Origin: the human T2T-CHM13v2.0 reference genome, Homo sapiens
Assembly (NCBI RefSeq): GCF_009914755.1
Contig: NC_060926.1
Length of the DNA stretch: 64,000 nt
Reading direction: 5' to 3' (one strand)
Shown: positions 42,800 to 64,000 of the stretch, piece after piece
How positions within the stretch are numbered: position 1 is the stretch's first letter
Layout of the letters: every line of letters begins with the position of its first letter
Made by a program: the position numbers and the translations under genes
Notes under the pieces: generated by a model
Databases searched by the model: none
What the model was told of the DNA's origin: nothing
The model's input: the letters and a program-made list of their open reading frames with translations, nothing else

Positions 42800-43684
42800 G
42801 AAGGAACCAAAAGTTCATTGCTATAGTTTCAGATTCCATGTTGCAATTAACCTAAAAGAAACTACCACTTGTGGGGTTTGACATTAAAGAAAAATACAGT
42901 ATTGATAATATCTGAAAAAGCTGTTACATACCTTAACTCTCTTCAAATATTGAATGTAGGAGGCTGAGTTTTTCTTCATATATTTCAACTAAAACAGCAT
43001 ATCACAAACCGGTTGAATGTAGAAACAGAAAATGAGAATCCAGATCGTACTATTAAGAGATCTGCAAAAAATACTAAACAATGCCACTCTCTGCTAATTT
43101 TTTTTTTGTTTGTTTTGGAAAACAGTTTTCTCTTTTTCTTTTTTCTTTCTTGGAAAACAGTTATCTTAATATTAAAAATGTTACTGTTGTTAAAATGTAA
43201 TGGGTTCATTATTTTTAAATAAATCAGTAATTATTGAAATTTTTTCTTTTATTTAAAAATTGATGGGTATAATGCATACAAACAGTACTTTTGGGGAGCC
43301 TCGATAATTTTTTAAGAGTGTGAAGGGGGCCGGGTGCAGTAGCTCACGCCTGTAATCCCAGCTCTTTGGGAGGCCGAGGCAGGTGGATCACGAGGTCAGG
43401 AGTTCAAGACCAGCCTGACCAAGATGGTGAAACCCCGTCTCTACTAAATATACAAAAATTAGCCAGGTGTGGTGGCGAGAGCCTGTAATCCCAGCTACTC
43501 AGGAGGCTGAGGCAGAGAACTGCTTGAACCCGGGAGGCTGGGAGGCGCAGGCTGCAGTGAGCCGAGACTGTACCACTGCACTCCAGCCTGGACGACAGAG
43601 CAAGACTCCGTCTCAAATAAATAAATAAATAAATAAATAAAGACTGTGAGGGGGTTCTGAGACCGAAAAACTTGAGAACTACTA
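42800..43684. mobile_element. Charlie1-like fragment, opposite orientation to the copy at 64-812, with nested AluS (43328-43640)
   Basis: gtttcagattccatgttgcaattaacc ... tttttaagagtgtgaagggg; Alu TSD aagagtgtgaaggg / aagactgtgagggg. Confidence 0.8.
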
Positions 43685-45561
43685 TCTACCAATCTAAGAT
43701 AACCCTGGAATAACATTCCCAATTAGCAGTAAAAATTTCTAAGGACTCTTTGTTTGGTTAACTATGAAAAATCTATTTACAAATAACTTAGCCACATACA
43801 GCCTCTTTATAAGGATACATTGCTACTTTTCCCTATTCCCCTACCAAAACCACAAGCCATAAACCTGTTAGTCCAGTGGTTTTCAAAACTTTTAGATGGA
43901 GAGAAGCTCCCAAGAGAAATCTTCACTGAGCCACAATATATAATACAAATAAAAGTAGGGCCAACCAGGTTAAAATGGGGGTGGTGTCCTCAGTCTCCAG
44001 TTCATCCTTCCTCTCAGCTACCATAACAGCCACGTAAGGCACTTCATACAGTTAGACTGAATGAAGTTTAAAAACCTCAGTTACAAACCAGCTGTTCAAA
44101 TTTGCTGCTTGCAAAAGTTTCAGAAAGATTCTGGCATTGTTTCACAATGATCATTTTCAACTCCACCCTCCAGTAGACACCAGATGTATGGTGTTTGCAT
44201 CTACACAGAGAACCACAAAACTGTTTATATCTCAGAGAATTCTCAGACTCCTGAGAATATCTAGAGACTCCAGTTTGAGAAACTACTTGAGGACTGGTAG
44301 ATGGGTACAGGTCAACCTGAAAAGGCTTCCTGTAGGAAGACACACTATGATTAAGCTAGGGGAAAAGTCTTAGTGCAGAGAAGAGAGATTCAGTTAGGAA
44401 AAGCTAAGGTAAGGCATATTTCCTAGGTTATCAAGAGAACTAACAGCCAGGCAAAATGTGGCTCATAAGTACCAGAGTTCTGCAGGCTACATTCGAAAGT
44501 TTGTGTTTGAGACACTGAAATAAGTCCTCATTCTCCTGAATCTGGGGCAGAAGTGCGTTTCCTACTCTAATGAGTTCTCTATTCTAGTCAAAATTAAAAT
44601 GATGAAAACACACCAAGCCTTAATAGGAGTACTTGCTTCTGAGATAAAAATTATTTCAGTTCCACATATTCTGAAATTTATATAGGATAGAGCCATGTGC
44701 AAAGAGGACAGAGAGGAATCATTAGAGTTTTAACAATGAAGCAGGAAAATTATTTTAGTAACATTACAGAATGGTTGAGATAGACTGTTGGGTGTGTAGA
44801 AGTCTAGGTATGTGCTGACCAAAGGCAATTAGGAAATAATTTCACAAGTCAGTCAACGGTGCTTTCAATCTCTTTTTAGTGTTTAATAGCATTTTCTATG
44901 CATTTTACAGTTGATACCTGAGAAGCTAGATGTTTATGTGGAGCTATTTGGCTACCCAAATTCCTCCTATAAAAGAAACAACGCAGATCATCTAATTTAG
45001 AAAAACAAACCTTGATTGACTACTAAGGTGAAGGGCTAAGGAAAAAAAGATTTTAATAATTCAGTAAGTATTAAAATGAACATCTACAAGCTATAACCTA
45101 GACAGGGGAAAGCAAGACTTTCTCCTTAAGCAGACTTGGCTAGAGATAAAGTTTTTAAAAGAAGGAAGAGGATAGCCTTATATTTTTACATTACATATCC
45201 CTTCCTCATCATTCCCTCTAAACTTTCTAATAGGTTTAAGACATCTCTAGGAAACAACCTGTTCATTCTACTCAATTTTACATAAGTTTATTGATGGAAA
45301 TCTGTGCCCCATCTCACTAGCACATACTCTTCAACTATCTTCTTTCTCATATGTTTTAAGACCAGAATAAAAGAGATGCCTATGAGACATACTTTTTAAA
45401 AATTATTTATCAGGCTATATTCATGTATTACTTTGGTGTAAAATAATCAAATAGCATTTAGCACAGAATCAAGTCATTTCAAATATCTTAAGCTTATTTA
45501 TTACCTAATAAAATGTTACCAAAGAGATCTGTATTTGAAAGTCACTAAAAATATCTTGGCT

Positions 45562-45876
<315 letters not shown>

Positions 45877-46319
45877 TTACTTTTCTTCAAGCAATATAAA
45901 GAATTGCCAGAAATAAAATCCCTAAGAGCTACCTATACCTACCAATAATTAGCTACACAATCTTGGATTAAGAGATTTAACCAATCTCTATGAGGGATGG
46001 GAAGAGTTGGATGATCTATAAAATCTCTTTAAGCTGTAACATTCTTTACTATTTTCTTAAACTCAAGGAAATTCATGAGGATCTGACAGGAGACAAGCCT
46101 ACGGAAAAAAGTAGACTTTATGTATGGCAAGAGTTTTAAAAGAAATCCAACAATTTAGGCACCAACCATGACTATATAACACTTTATATATACAAATATA
46201 TGCAAATTGAAGAGATGCAAATATGAGCTATAAATTAAAATTTTGTCATTTTTATCAGGTAGAATTTCCTACATATCAGCATATACCTAATTCTTTATGA
46301 CAGTTATAGGGACCATTAA

Positions 46320-46821
<502 letters not shown>

Positions 46822-46911
46822 TGAAGTTAATTCTTAACCCTTGATTAAAACAGTTTAAGTGCTGAACATTATTATTTCTTGGAATCTATATAAGCTTTAA
46901 ATTAACTATTT

Positions 46912-47438
46912 TTAAATTTACATATTTTTATTAGGAAATGTTTATATCAATACAGCAAAACTAAATTTTAGAAACACTGGGCATCATTAGTTTAGATATC
47001 ATTAGTTTATTACAAAAGAAAGACATGAAAATTATTTTACATGATAGAAGATTTCAGAATTACAGAATGGGCAGCTTCATGTTGATGCCATTTCAATATG
47101 ATTTATTTCAGTCTATATAGTTTGCAAGAATGTCACCATCTTTAAATGAGAAGTAATCCTTGTTGTCTAGAACTACTTTGGTGCCTACATATTCTGGGAG
47201 AACTCTATCTCCAACTTACATGTTAACTGGTTAACTCTCCACCCTTTACTTTAGAGTCTGATCCAACATCTACTGTTGCTTACAATACTTTTCCTTGAGA
47301 TTTTTCTGGAAGCATGTCTCCTTTGGTTACAGTTTCAGGCACATTCCTTTCATCAATACACGGTCATACAGTGGAAGAAACCTTCTAAAAGCGTGTGCTG
47401 ACAAAACTCCCACTGCTACAGCTTGTACTCTACTCTCC
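46912..47438 (-). pseudogene. HSPE1P13: Processed pseudogene of HSPE1 (HSP10/chaperonin 10)
   Basis: Intronless minus-strand homology to HSPE1: AFRRFLPLYDRVL ... MLPEKSQGKVL* ... VLPEYVGTKVVLDNKDYFSFKDGDILANYID*. ATG mutated to TTG (47402-47404), frameshifts, internal TAA, 3'UTR with two AATAAA (47006-47011, 46927-46932). Perfect 14-bp TSD taaattaactattt (46898-46911 / 47439-47452). Parent gene is secure; the P13 number is from memory. Confidence 0.93.
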
Positions 47439-47499
47439 TAAATTAACTATTTGTTATTAATCACAATACTATATCTATAAGAAGACTTCACTTCACATA

Positions 47500-50370
<2,871 letters not shown>

Positions 50371-50884
50371 AACTGCAAAAGTAGTTTCATTATTATGCCT
50401 AGATCAACTGTTGAACAACTAGATGATACAGAAATAAACTTTATGCATAGCATTATACGTATCCTGACAGCATTATAGGCACCCATCCTAACTATACCTG
50501 GTTTGAATTATATTTATTTAGAAACTATAAAAATTTTGTTCCAAATGTTGAAATTTCTGACAAAGCAACATTTATATTAGGAGTATAAGGAAATGTTTAA
50601 AATATACTTAAAAAAAAACAGAAAACAAACTAGCAATGTCTCCTTCATAAAATGCTTGACAAACTTCAGAATAATTTTTTGCTTTTAATTACCAGCAGTA
50701 TATAGGGAAAAAGGGTTTTCAAAGTTGAGGACTTCCCAAATGTACTCCAGGTAACACCAGGTGAAGGTGAGGGAACAGCTTAATGCTACTCACTGCTTGA
50801 GCAAAAGAAAAAATCATTTTTTATGACCTGCCTATGTATTGAGTTTCATTTTGATTCTTTTTTTAATTAAAAAGTACTACTTTA

Positions 50885-51950
<1,066 letters not shown>

Positions 51951-51954
51951 TTAA

Positions 51955-54005
51955 GTAGTTGTGTTTCTATGCATATGCAATGAATAATCTGAAAAAGAAA
52001 TTAGGAATGCAATTCCATTTAACATTGAAAAGAACAATAACATCTAAAAGAGTACCTAGAAAGAGATTTAACCAAGGAGGTGAGTTTTACCCTGAAAACT
52101 ACAATACGCTGCTGCAGAAAATTTAAAATAACCAAAATAAATTAAAAGCCATTCTGAGTTATTGAGTAGGAAGACTTAATATTGTTGACATCAATACTAC
52201 CTAGAGCAATGTACAGATTCGATGCAATCTCTATCAAAATTCCAAAATCTTTTCTTGCAGAAACGGAAATGCTGACCCTCAAATTCACAGAGCTGCAAGG
52301 GACACTGAAAAGCCAAAACAATCAAGAAAAAAAAAAGTTGGAACACTCACACTTTCTGACTTCAGAACTTACTACAATGCTACAGTAATCAAAATAATAT
52401 GGTACTGAAAAAGCATAGACATATAGACCAACAGCATAAAACTGAGCATACCAAAATAAACTGATACATCTATGACCAACTGATTTGTGCCAAGTCCATT
52501 CAATGGAGAAATAAGACCCTGCTCAACAAATGGTGCTGGGACAACTGGATTTCCACAAGCAAAAGAATGACGTTGGACTCCTAACTCATACCAAACACAA
52601 AAATTAACTGAAAATATATCAATGACCTAAATATAAGAGCTAAAACCATAAATCTCTTAGAAGAAAACATAGGGGCAAATCCTCATGACCTTGGATTTGG
52701 CAATGAATTCTTAAGATCTGACACAAAAAGCACAAGACAATGAAAGAAAAAACAGATAAATCTGACTTCGTCAAAATTAAAAACTTTCGTTCATCAGAGG
52801 ACATTATCAAGAAACTAAAAAGATAAACTTTTGATTGGGTTTAAATGAGAGAAAATATTTGCAAATCATATATTGGATAAAGGTCTAATATCAAGAATAT
52901 ATAATAAGGATCTCCTAAAACTCAACATCAAAAACACAAACAACCAAATTAAAAAATGGGCAATGGTCCAGGCGCAGTGGCTCACGCCTGTAATCCCAGC
53001 ACTTTGGAAAGCCGAGGCGGGGGTGGATCACCTGAGGTCAGGAGTTCTAGACCAGCCTGGCCAACATGGTGAAACCCCGTCTCTATTAAAAACCTAAAAA
53101 TTAGCCAGGCATGGTGGTAGGTGCCTGTAATCCCAGCTACTCATGGGGCCGAGGCAGGAGAATTGCTTGAACCCAGGAGGCAGAGGTTGCAGTGAGCCTA
53201 GATCACACCATCACACTCCAGCCTGGGGGACAACAGCAAGACTTCATCTCAAATAAATAAATAAATAACTAATTTAAAAAGGGGCAATGAATTTGAATAG
53301 ACATTTCTATAAAGACATACAAATGGCCAATAAGCACATGAAAAGATGCTTAATATCATTACTGGTTAGAGAAATACAAACCAAAAGGACACCAACTAAG
53401 ATGGGATAAGAAAAGAAAGAAAATAGCAAGTGTGGGCAAGGAGGTAGAGAAATTGACATGTGTACATTGCTGGTAGGAATGTAAAATATTGCAGGTTCTG
53501 TGAAAAACAATATGGCAGTTCCTGAAGAAGCTAACCACAGCGAATTACAAAAACAACCCAGCAATTCCATTCCAAGGAACATACCCAGATGAATTGCAAA
53601 TAGGGACTTAAACCAATAATTGTATGCCAATGTTCACTGCAGTATCCAGTTTAGCCAAAAGGTGCAAAATGTCCACCTGAATAGAGTATTACTGAGCATT
53701 AAAAAGGAATGAAATTCTGGTACATACTGCAACACAGATGAACCTTGAAAATATTATACTAAATGAAAGTAGTCAGACACAAAAATACAAATATTTTATT
53801 ATTCCACTTACATTAAATATCTAGAAGAGGTAAATTGGTAGAGACAGAAAGTAGATTAGAAGTTACTAGGGATTGGGAAAGAATAGATGGTAGTAATCGT
53901 TGCACAACATTGTGAATGTCATTAATGGCCTTCAATTGTACATTTCAAGTGGTTAAAATGGCAAATTTAATGTTGTATAAATATATTTCACCACAATAAA
54001 AAAAA
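51955..54005 (+). mobile_element. L1MB-type ORF2 and 3' end (about 2 kb) with nested AluS (52945-53270)
   Basis: ORF 52182..52388 ILPRAMYRFDAISIKIPKSF is L1 ORF2; ends ccacaataaaaaaa. Confidence 0.88.
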
Positions 54006-54259
54006 TCAAAGAAAAAGTTATTAAATGTTCTATAGAAATCAGCCCTAGCAAAGCTCTTAAACAAAACATCTATGAATTAATTATCAGTAAGTGCATTCCA
54101 TTACAAATTACTGAGCCGTACACAGAAAATAATTGTTTCAGGCATTAAAAAAGAACAACTGAAATTTAAGTTAGCTTACTACAAAAAGTTTGTATCAATT
54201 AAAAACAACTTAAATTCTGTCAAGACTTGTTTTTCATTTTTTTTTAAATCCTGAACTAT

Positions 54260-55152
<893 letters not shown>

Positions 55153-55178
55153 ACACACACACACACACACACACACAC
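55153..55178. repeat. (AC)13 microsatellite
   Basis: Seen directly. Confidence 0.97.
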
Positions 55179-55261
55179 AAATCAGCATGAAGCATTAAAG
55201 TAGCATTAAAGGTTCCTCAAGTAATCTTCCTGTTACAGTTTTAAAAAAAAAACTTTCTTAA

Positions 55262-55625
<364 letters not shown>

Positions 55626-56139
55626 TTACTTATTTTCCCATGTATATCTCCACTCCCAACTCCAACAGGAAGTTACCAGAATTTGACATTCTGAGGAATT
55701 TCATTCACTGGTTTGCGCCTTTCTGCCTGTGAGGTAGCCCAGACTAGCAAGGAAAACCAACAAGGAGTCATCTTCGTGGCCACATGGTTGGACTATTCAC
55801 GAACTTACTGCTGGTTTGCCTCAAGTACTCCTGGTTCACCAGTTCATAGAGTAAAAATTTGGGGTGTTACTTGAATTGTTTTCTTTTGTCTTACTGTTCT
55901 GTTTGTGGTTTTGCATATTAAGTATTTAATTACATAAACATTGAATATGAATGCAAAGTTTATATGATTAGCTACTGAAGTAAATTGTGTACCATTAATT
56001 TCAATGAAAATTAATTTCTGACTTTTAAGAATTCACCTTAAGGCATCCTTTTTTTTTTCTTTTAAATACAGGGGTTTTTTGGGAACAAATTACCCACCTG
56101 AAATGGGGAAAAACTGTACTTTATCCCGAATTAGGCAAT

Positions 56140-56593
56140 TCATAGCCAGAGATGACCCTAATTGATCATGAGAACGAGCCTCTCAGATCTCTGACTACAG
56201 GAAGGATAATAGACTGAGTGCTGCAGCAGCTGCACTCAAATCCATCACTGTGTTTGTGTCGAGGCCAGTTTCTCACTAGCTCCTCCCAGTCACTGACTGA
56301 GCATGGCAGGCCTGTTCCCGGGAGACACATCATTTTTCCAACAGGCACCTTTCACTCAAAGACTTTCTGAGGCCTTGCAAACTTTCCTTAGTATTGCACT
56401 ACAGTCTAAGACACTTTCACTCAAAGTTCCTTCCTTCCTTACCTCTCTTTTAACTTGGAGTCAGACTTTCATCAGTCTGACAACTCTCCCTGTCTCCTTC
56501 CTTTTCCCCCCTCACAAGCATTTCACCTAACAAATTTCTTATGTGCTTAATCCCATCTTGGCATCTGCTTCTAAGAGGTCCTGGACTAATACA
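56140..56593 (+). mobile_element. Probable ERVL-class solo LTR, family uncertain
   Basis: 3' end ...cccatcttggcatctgcttctaagaggtcctggactaataca is LTR-like; left boundary is a guess. Confidence 0.5.
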
Positions 56594-57560
56594 ATGACAA
56601 AGGCTCCCCTTGAAGCATCACACTAAAAAGAAAAAAAAAAAAAAAAAACCTAGCCATTTTACATTAACTATTTCTAAAATATAGTATTTGCTTCCCTATT
56701 TGCTAAAACAAAATATACTAAACATGACTATTCCAAAATTCTGTAGGTACTAAGAATATGAAGAGATTCACTCTACTCAGGGGATGGAGTTGTAGTAGAA
56801 AGGCTTTGTGGAGGAGGTGGTGTTTGAAATGTACTTTAGAGCCATCCTCAAAGCCTTGAGGCTATACCTGCCTGTGATTATCAAGGACAGTCCATCAAAC
56901 AGGCCTTCCACGCTTGGATATCTGCCAAAGAGTAAATCCCTCCTATCACAATTCTCTCACAGCCCTCTAATCTCTAGAATACTGATGGTGCCTTAGTCTC
57001 CCTCCAAACGTGATCCTCTCCCAATATTCCCCCTTTCATCACCATCCCCACTTAGACACCTCAGTCAGAAACCTGGGAATCCTCTCACTGCCCTGCTCAA
57101 TTCAATCACCAATCTGCCTCTAAATCTCTCTAATTAATTTGTCCACTTTTCTCCATCCCCACAGCTACTGCTCTAATCAAAGCCACCTATCATCCCTTCC
57201 ATGAACTACTGCAAAATCTCCTCAACTGGCTTTCCTGCCTACAGTTCAGTTCCCATTTAATCCATGCTCCATACAGTCTACAGCAGTCCTTCAAAATTCA
57301 TGTGTGTCAGTTCCCTGCTTAAAACCCTGCAGTTGCTCCCCACTGCTGACAAGATAAAATGCAATAATTTGATTCACACGATCTGGCCCCCACTCCAGAC
57401 TTCAGCTACTCAGAACTCCAAAAATGCTGAGTTCCTCTTGGCCTCCAAGCTACCACAAATCCTTGGAATTTATTTCCTCCTAATCCTTAACTGGCTAACT
57501 CTCATTTCCATTCACTCATTCATTCATTCATTCACCCATTTATGGTCCCACTTCCATTTA

Positions 57561-58200
<640 letters not shown>

Positions 58201-58993
58201 TAAATGTCACTTCCATCACTTCCAAACATAAGCATACAAGGACAGTCTCCTAGCTTCTCATTGCCACCTAAAGACCATTAATCTCAGCCAGTTCCTTTAT
58301 GGTCTGTGCTATCTTTCCATTAACCAGCATCTTTTAAAATTCTACCTTTTTTAATGCAACAGAACCCTTTTTTTCCAAATGAAATTCTATGCAAAGCCCC
58401 AATATGTAAAAGGGCTGAGCTCCTCAGCTTAAAGTAGGGGATTTCAAAGCCCTGTCCATTCAGCCTCCCCCTCTCCTGAGATACTTCTTCCTTAAAAAGC
58501 TAAGGTTCAGGACAATTAGAGCACCATCGTACTGCATTATACTTCCTACTCAAAAAAGGCAACACACTGGAATATAAAGAGTTGTCTTTGAAGCTATTCT
58601 GACTTAGGTTCAAATCCTGATTCTACTCCTTACTAGTCATAACATCTTGTGCAGTTTGTCCTCATAAAATCTATTTCCTCAGCTGTACAACTGGGACATT
58701 ACCACTTTCAAAAGTCAATGGGTACAACAGAGATAAGCATGTACACAATATTGCCTAGGATACTGGCACATAGCAGGAACTCAATAAAATACTATCTGCC
58801 ATGGTTCATTAACACAGCAATGAAAGATTAACATTCAAAAAGATCTAGAAATACTAAAACATAGCTTTTAAAAGAACAAAATTGGAGTATTACACTACCT
58901 AACGTCAAAACTTACTATAAGTAGAGAAATCAACAATTAGATAAATGGAGAATGGAGAGCCTAGAAATAAACTGACAGAGATACAGATACAGT

Positions 58994-58999
58994 TGTGTG

Positions 59000-59048
<49 letters not shown>
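58994..59048. repeat. (TG)~27 microsatellite with one CG interruption
   Basis: Seen directly; uninterrupted purine-pyrimidine alternation. Confidence 0.97.
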
Positions 59049-59054
<6 letters not shown>

Positions 59055-59064
59055 ATGTATGTAT

Positions 59065-59383
59065 ATAGTCATCCCTCGGTATCCATGGGGGATTGGTTCC
59101 AGGACCTCCCTCAGATACCAGAATCTGCAGATGCTCAGTAATCCTACAGGAAATGGTGTAGCATTTGCATACAACCTGTGCACATCCTCCCACATACCTT
59201 AAATCATCTCCAGATTACTAATAATAACTAATACTATGTAAATAGTTGTACTGTATTGTTTAAGGAGTAATGACCAAAAAAATCTGTACAAATTTAGTAT
59301 AGATGCAATTTCCCCCCATCCTCCTCCCGCAGATACTTTTGATCCACAGTTGTTTGAATGCACAGATGCAGAGGACTGACTGC
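59065..59383. mobile_element. MER2 inside an old L1 fragment (about 58830-59780)
   Basis: agtcatccctcggtatccatgggggattggttccaggacc ... gaggactgactg. Confidence 0.85.
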
Positions 59384-59787
59384 ATATATACATACACACG
59401 AATCATGTAATTTTCATAAAAATATCAACACAATCCAATAGAGAAAAGAAAATCTCTTCAACAGGCTACTACTCTAGGCATACTGCCTATGGCACAGCCC
59501 TGCTCTGCAAGGAGCAATAAAAAAAAAAAAAAGAAGAGGGTTTCTTCAACGGATAGTTCTGAAATAACTAGATATCAGCATTAAAAATAAATGTATTTCA
59601 ATTCCTACCTTGTATCACAACACAACAATTAACTTGAAATGGACCACAGAGTCTATGAAAGCTACAAGTATAAAGCTTTTAAAAGACAACATTAGGAAAA
59701 TATCGGCAAAGGGTTCTTAGATATAAGAGAGCAATAACCTTAAAAGAAAAAAACATATATTTGACTCCATCAGTATTAAAAACTCCT

Positions 59788-60383
<596 letters not shown>

Positions 60384-60691
60384 TTAGGGTAAAAACTTTA
60401 TCACAAGACAAAATTCTAAAATGAAGTACAAAGTTTCTTCCTATTTTGTCTATAGCTGTAATAAATACTACATCAGAGGAGGTGAGAAGTAGTTGCCACT
60501 TTTACTATTATTTGTTTAAAACATCCTTACTGCTGTTACTTCTGGACCTTCCTGCCACTCCTAGAATACAGTCTCCCTCTCTGCTACAGTACACTCCATA
60601 ATCTCTGTGGACTTCATCATCATTCCCATATGCAACCCAATACATCAACTTTAGAGCTCCTAATTGTCTTACCTGCTTCATCTCTGGAATC

Positions 60692-63866
<3,175 letters not shown>

Positions 63867-64000
63867 AACTCTTTTCTTGAAGCATTCCTCTCTCAACTTC
63901 TCAGACACTAGGGTTTCATTCCTTCTGCCTGACTCCTTGCTTCTCGGTCTCCTTACATCATTCCTTTTCCTCTGCTATCTCCCTATACACTATTTCCCAC

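Noticed and set aside
44040-44270. Short hairpins with 8-12 bp arms
   Set aside because: Expected by chance in 64 kb of AT-rich DNA.

Overview
Primate (most likely human, given two AluYa5-type elements) genomic DNA from inside SOS1, the RAS/RAC guanine nucleotide exchange factor gene, on the minus strand. Four coding exons are present, equivalent to coding exons 2-5 (16197-16322, 7240-7371, 5274-5438, 3186-3395; aa 30-240, histone-fold domain plus start of the DH domain). All have GT-AG boundaries and all are phase 0. The rest is intron: more than 47 kb of intron 1 (16323-64000, exon 1 is outside the window) and introns 2-5. The introns hold roughly 58-60 Alu copies or fragments, old L1/L2/MIR pieces, hAT-Charlie and Tigger/mariner DNA-transposon relics, several solo LTRs, a U6 snRNA retrocopy and a TSD-flanked HSPE1 processed pseudogene. 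Almost all ORFs in the supplied track are Alu or L1 artefacts. I see no evidence of a new multi-gene system. The most unusual structures are: (1) a 201-bp, 97%-identical inverted duplication in intron 2 that looks like a templated insertion and would form a long hairpin in SOS1 pre-mRNA; (2) a block of all-phase-0, stop-free exons flanked by inverted Alus (possible in-frame skipping or endless-ORF circRNA); (3) several smaller templated-repair scars; (4) a sense-oriented LTR and a sense-oriented pseudogene carrying poly(A) signals in intron 1. Repeat family names are recognised from memory of consensus sequences, not from a database search, and many repeat boundaries are approximate.
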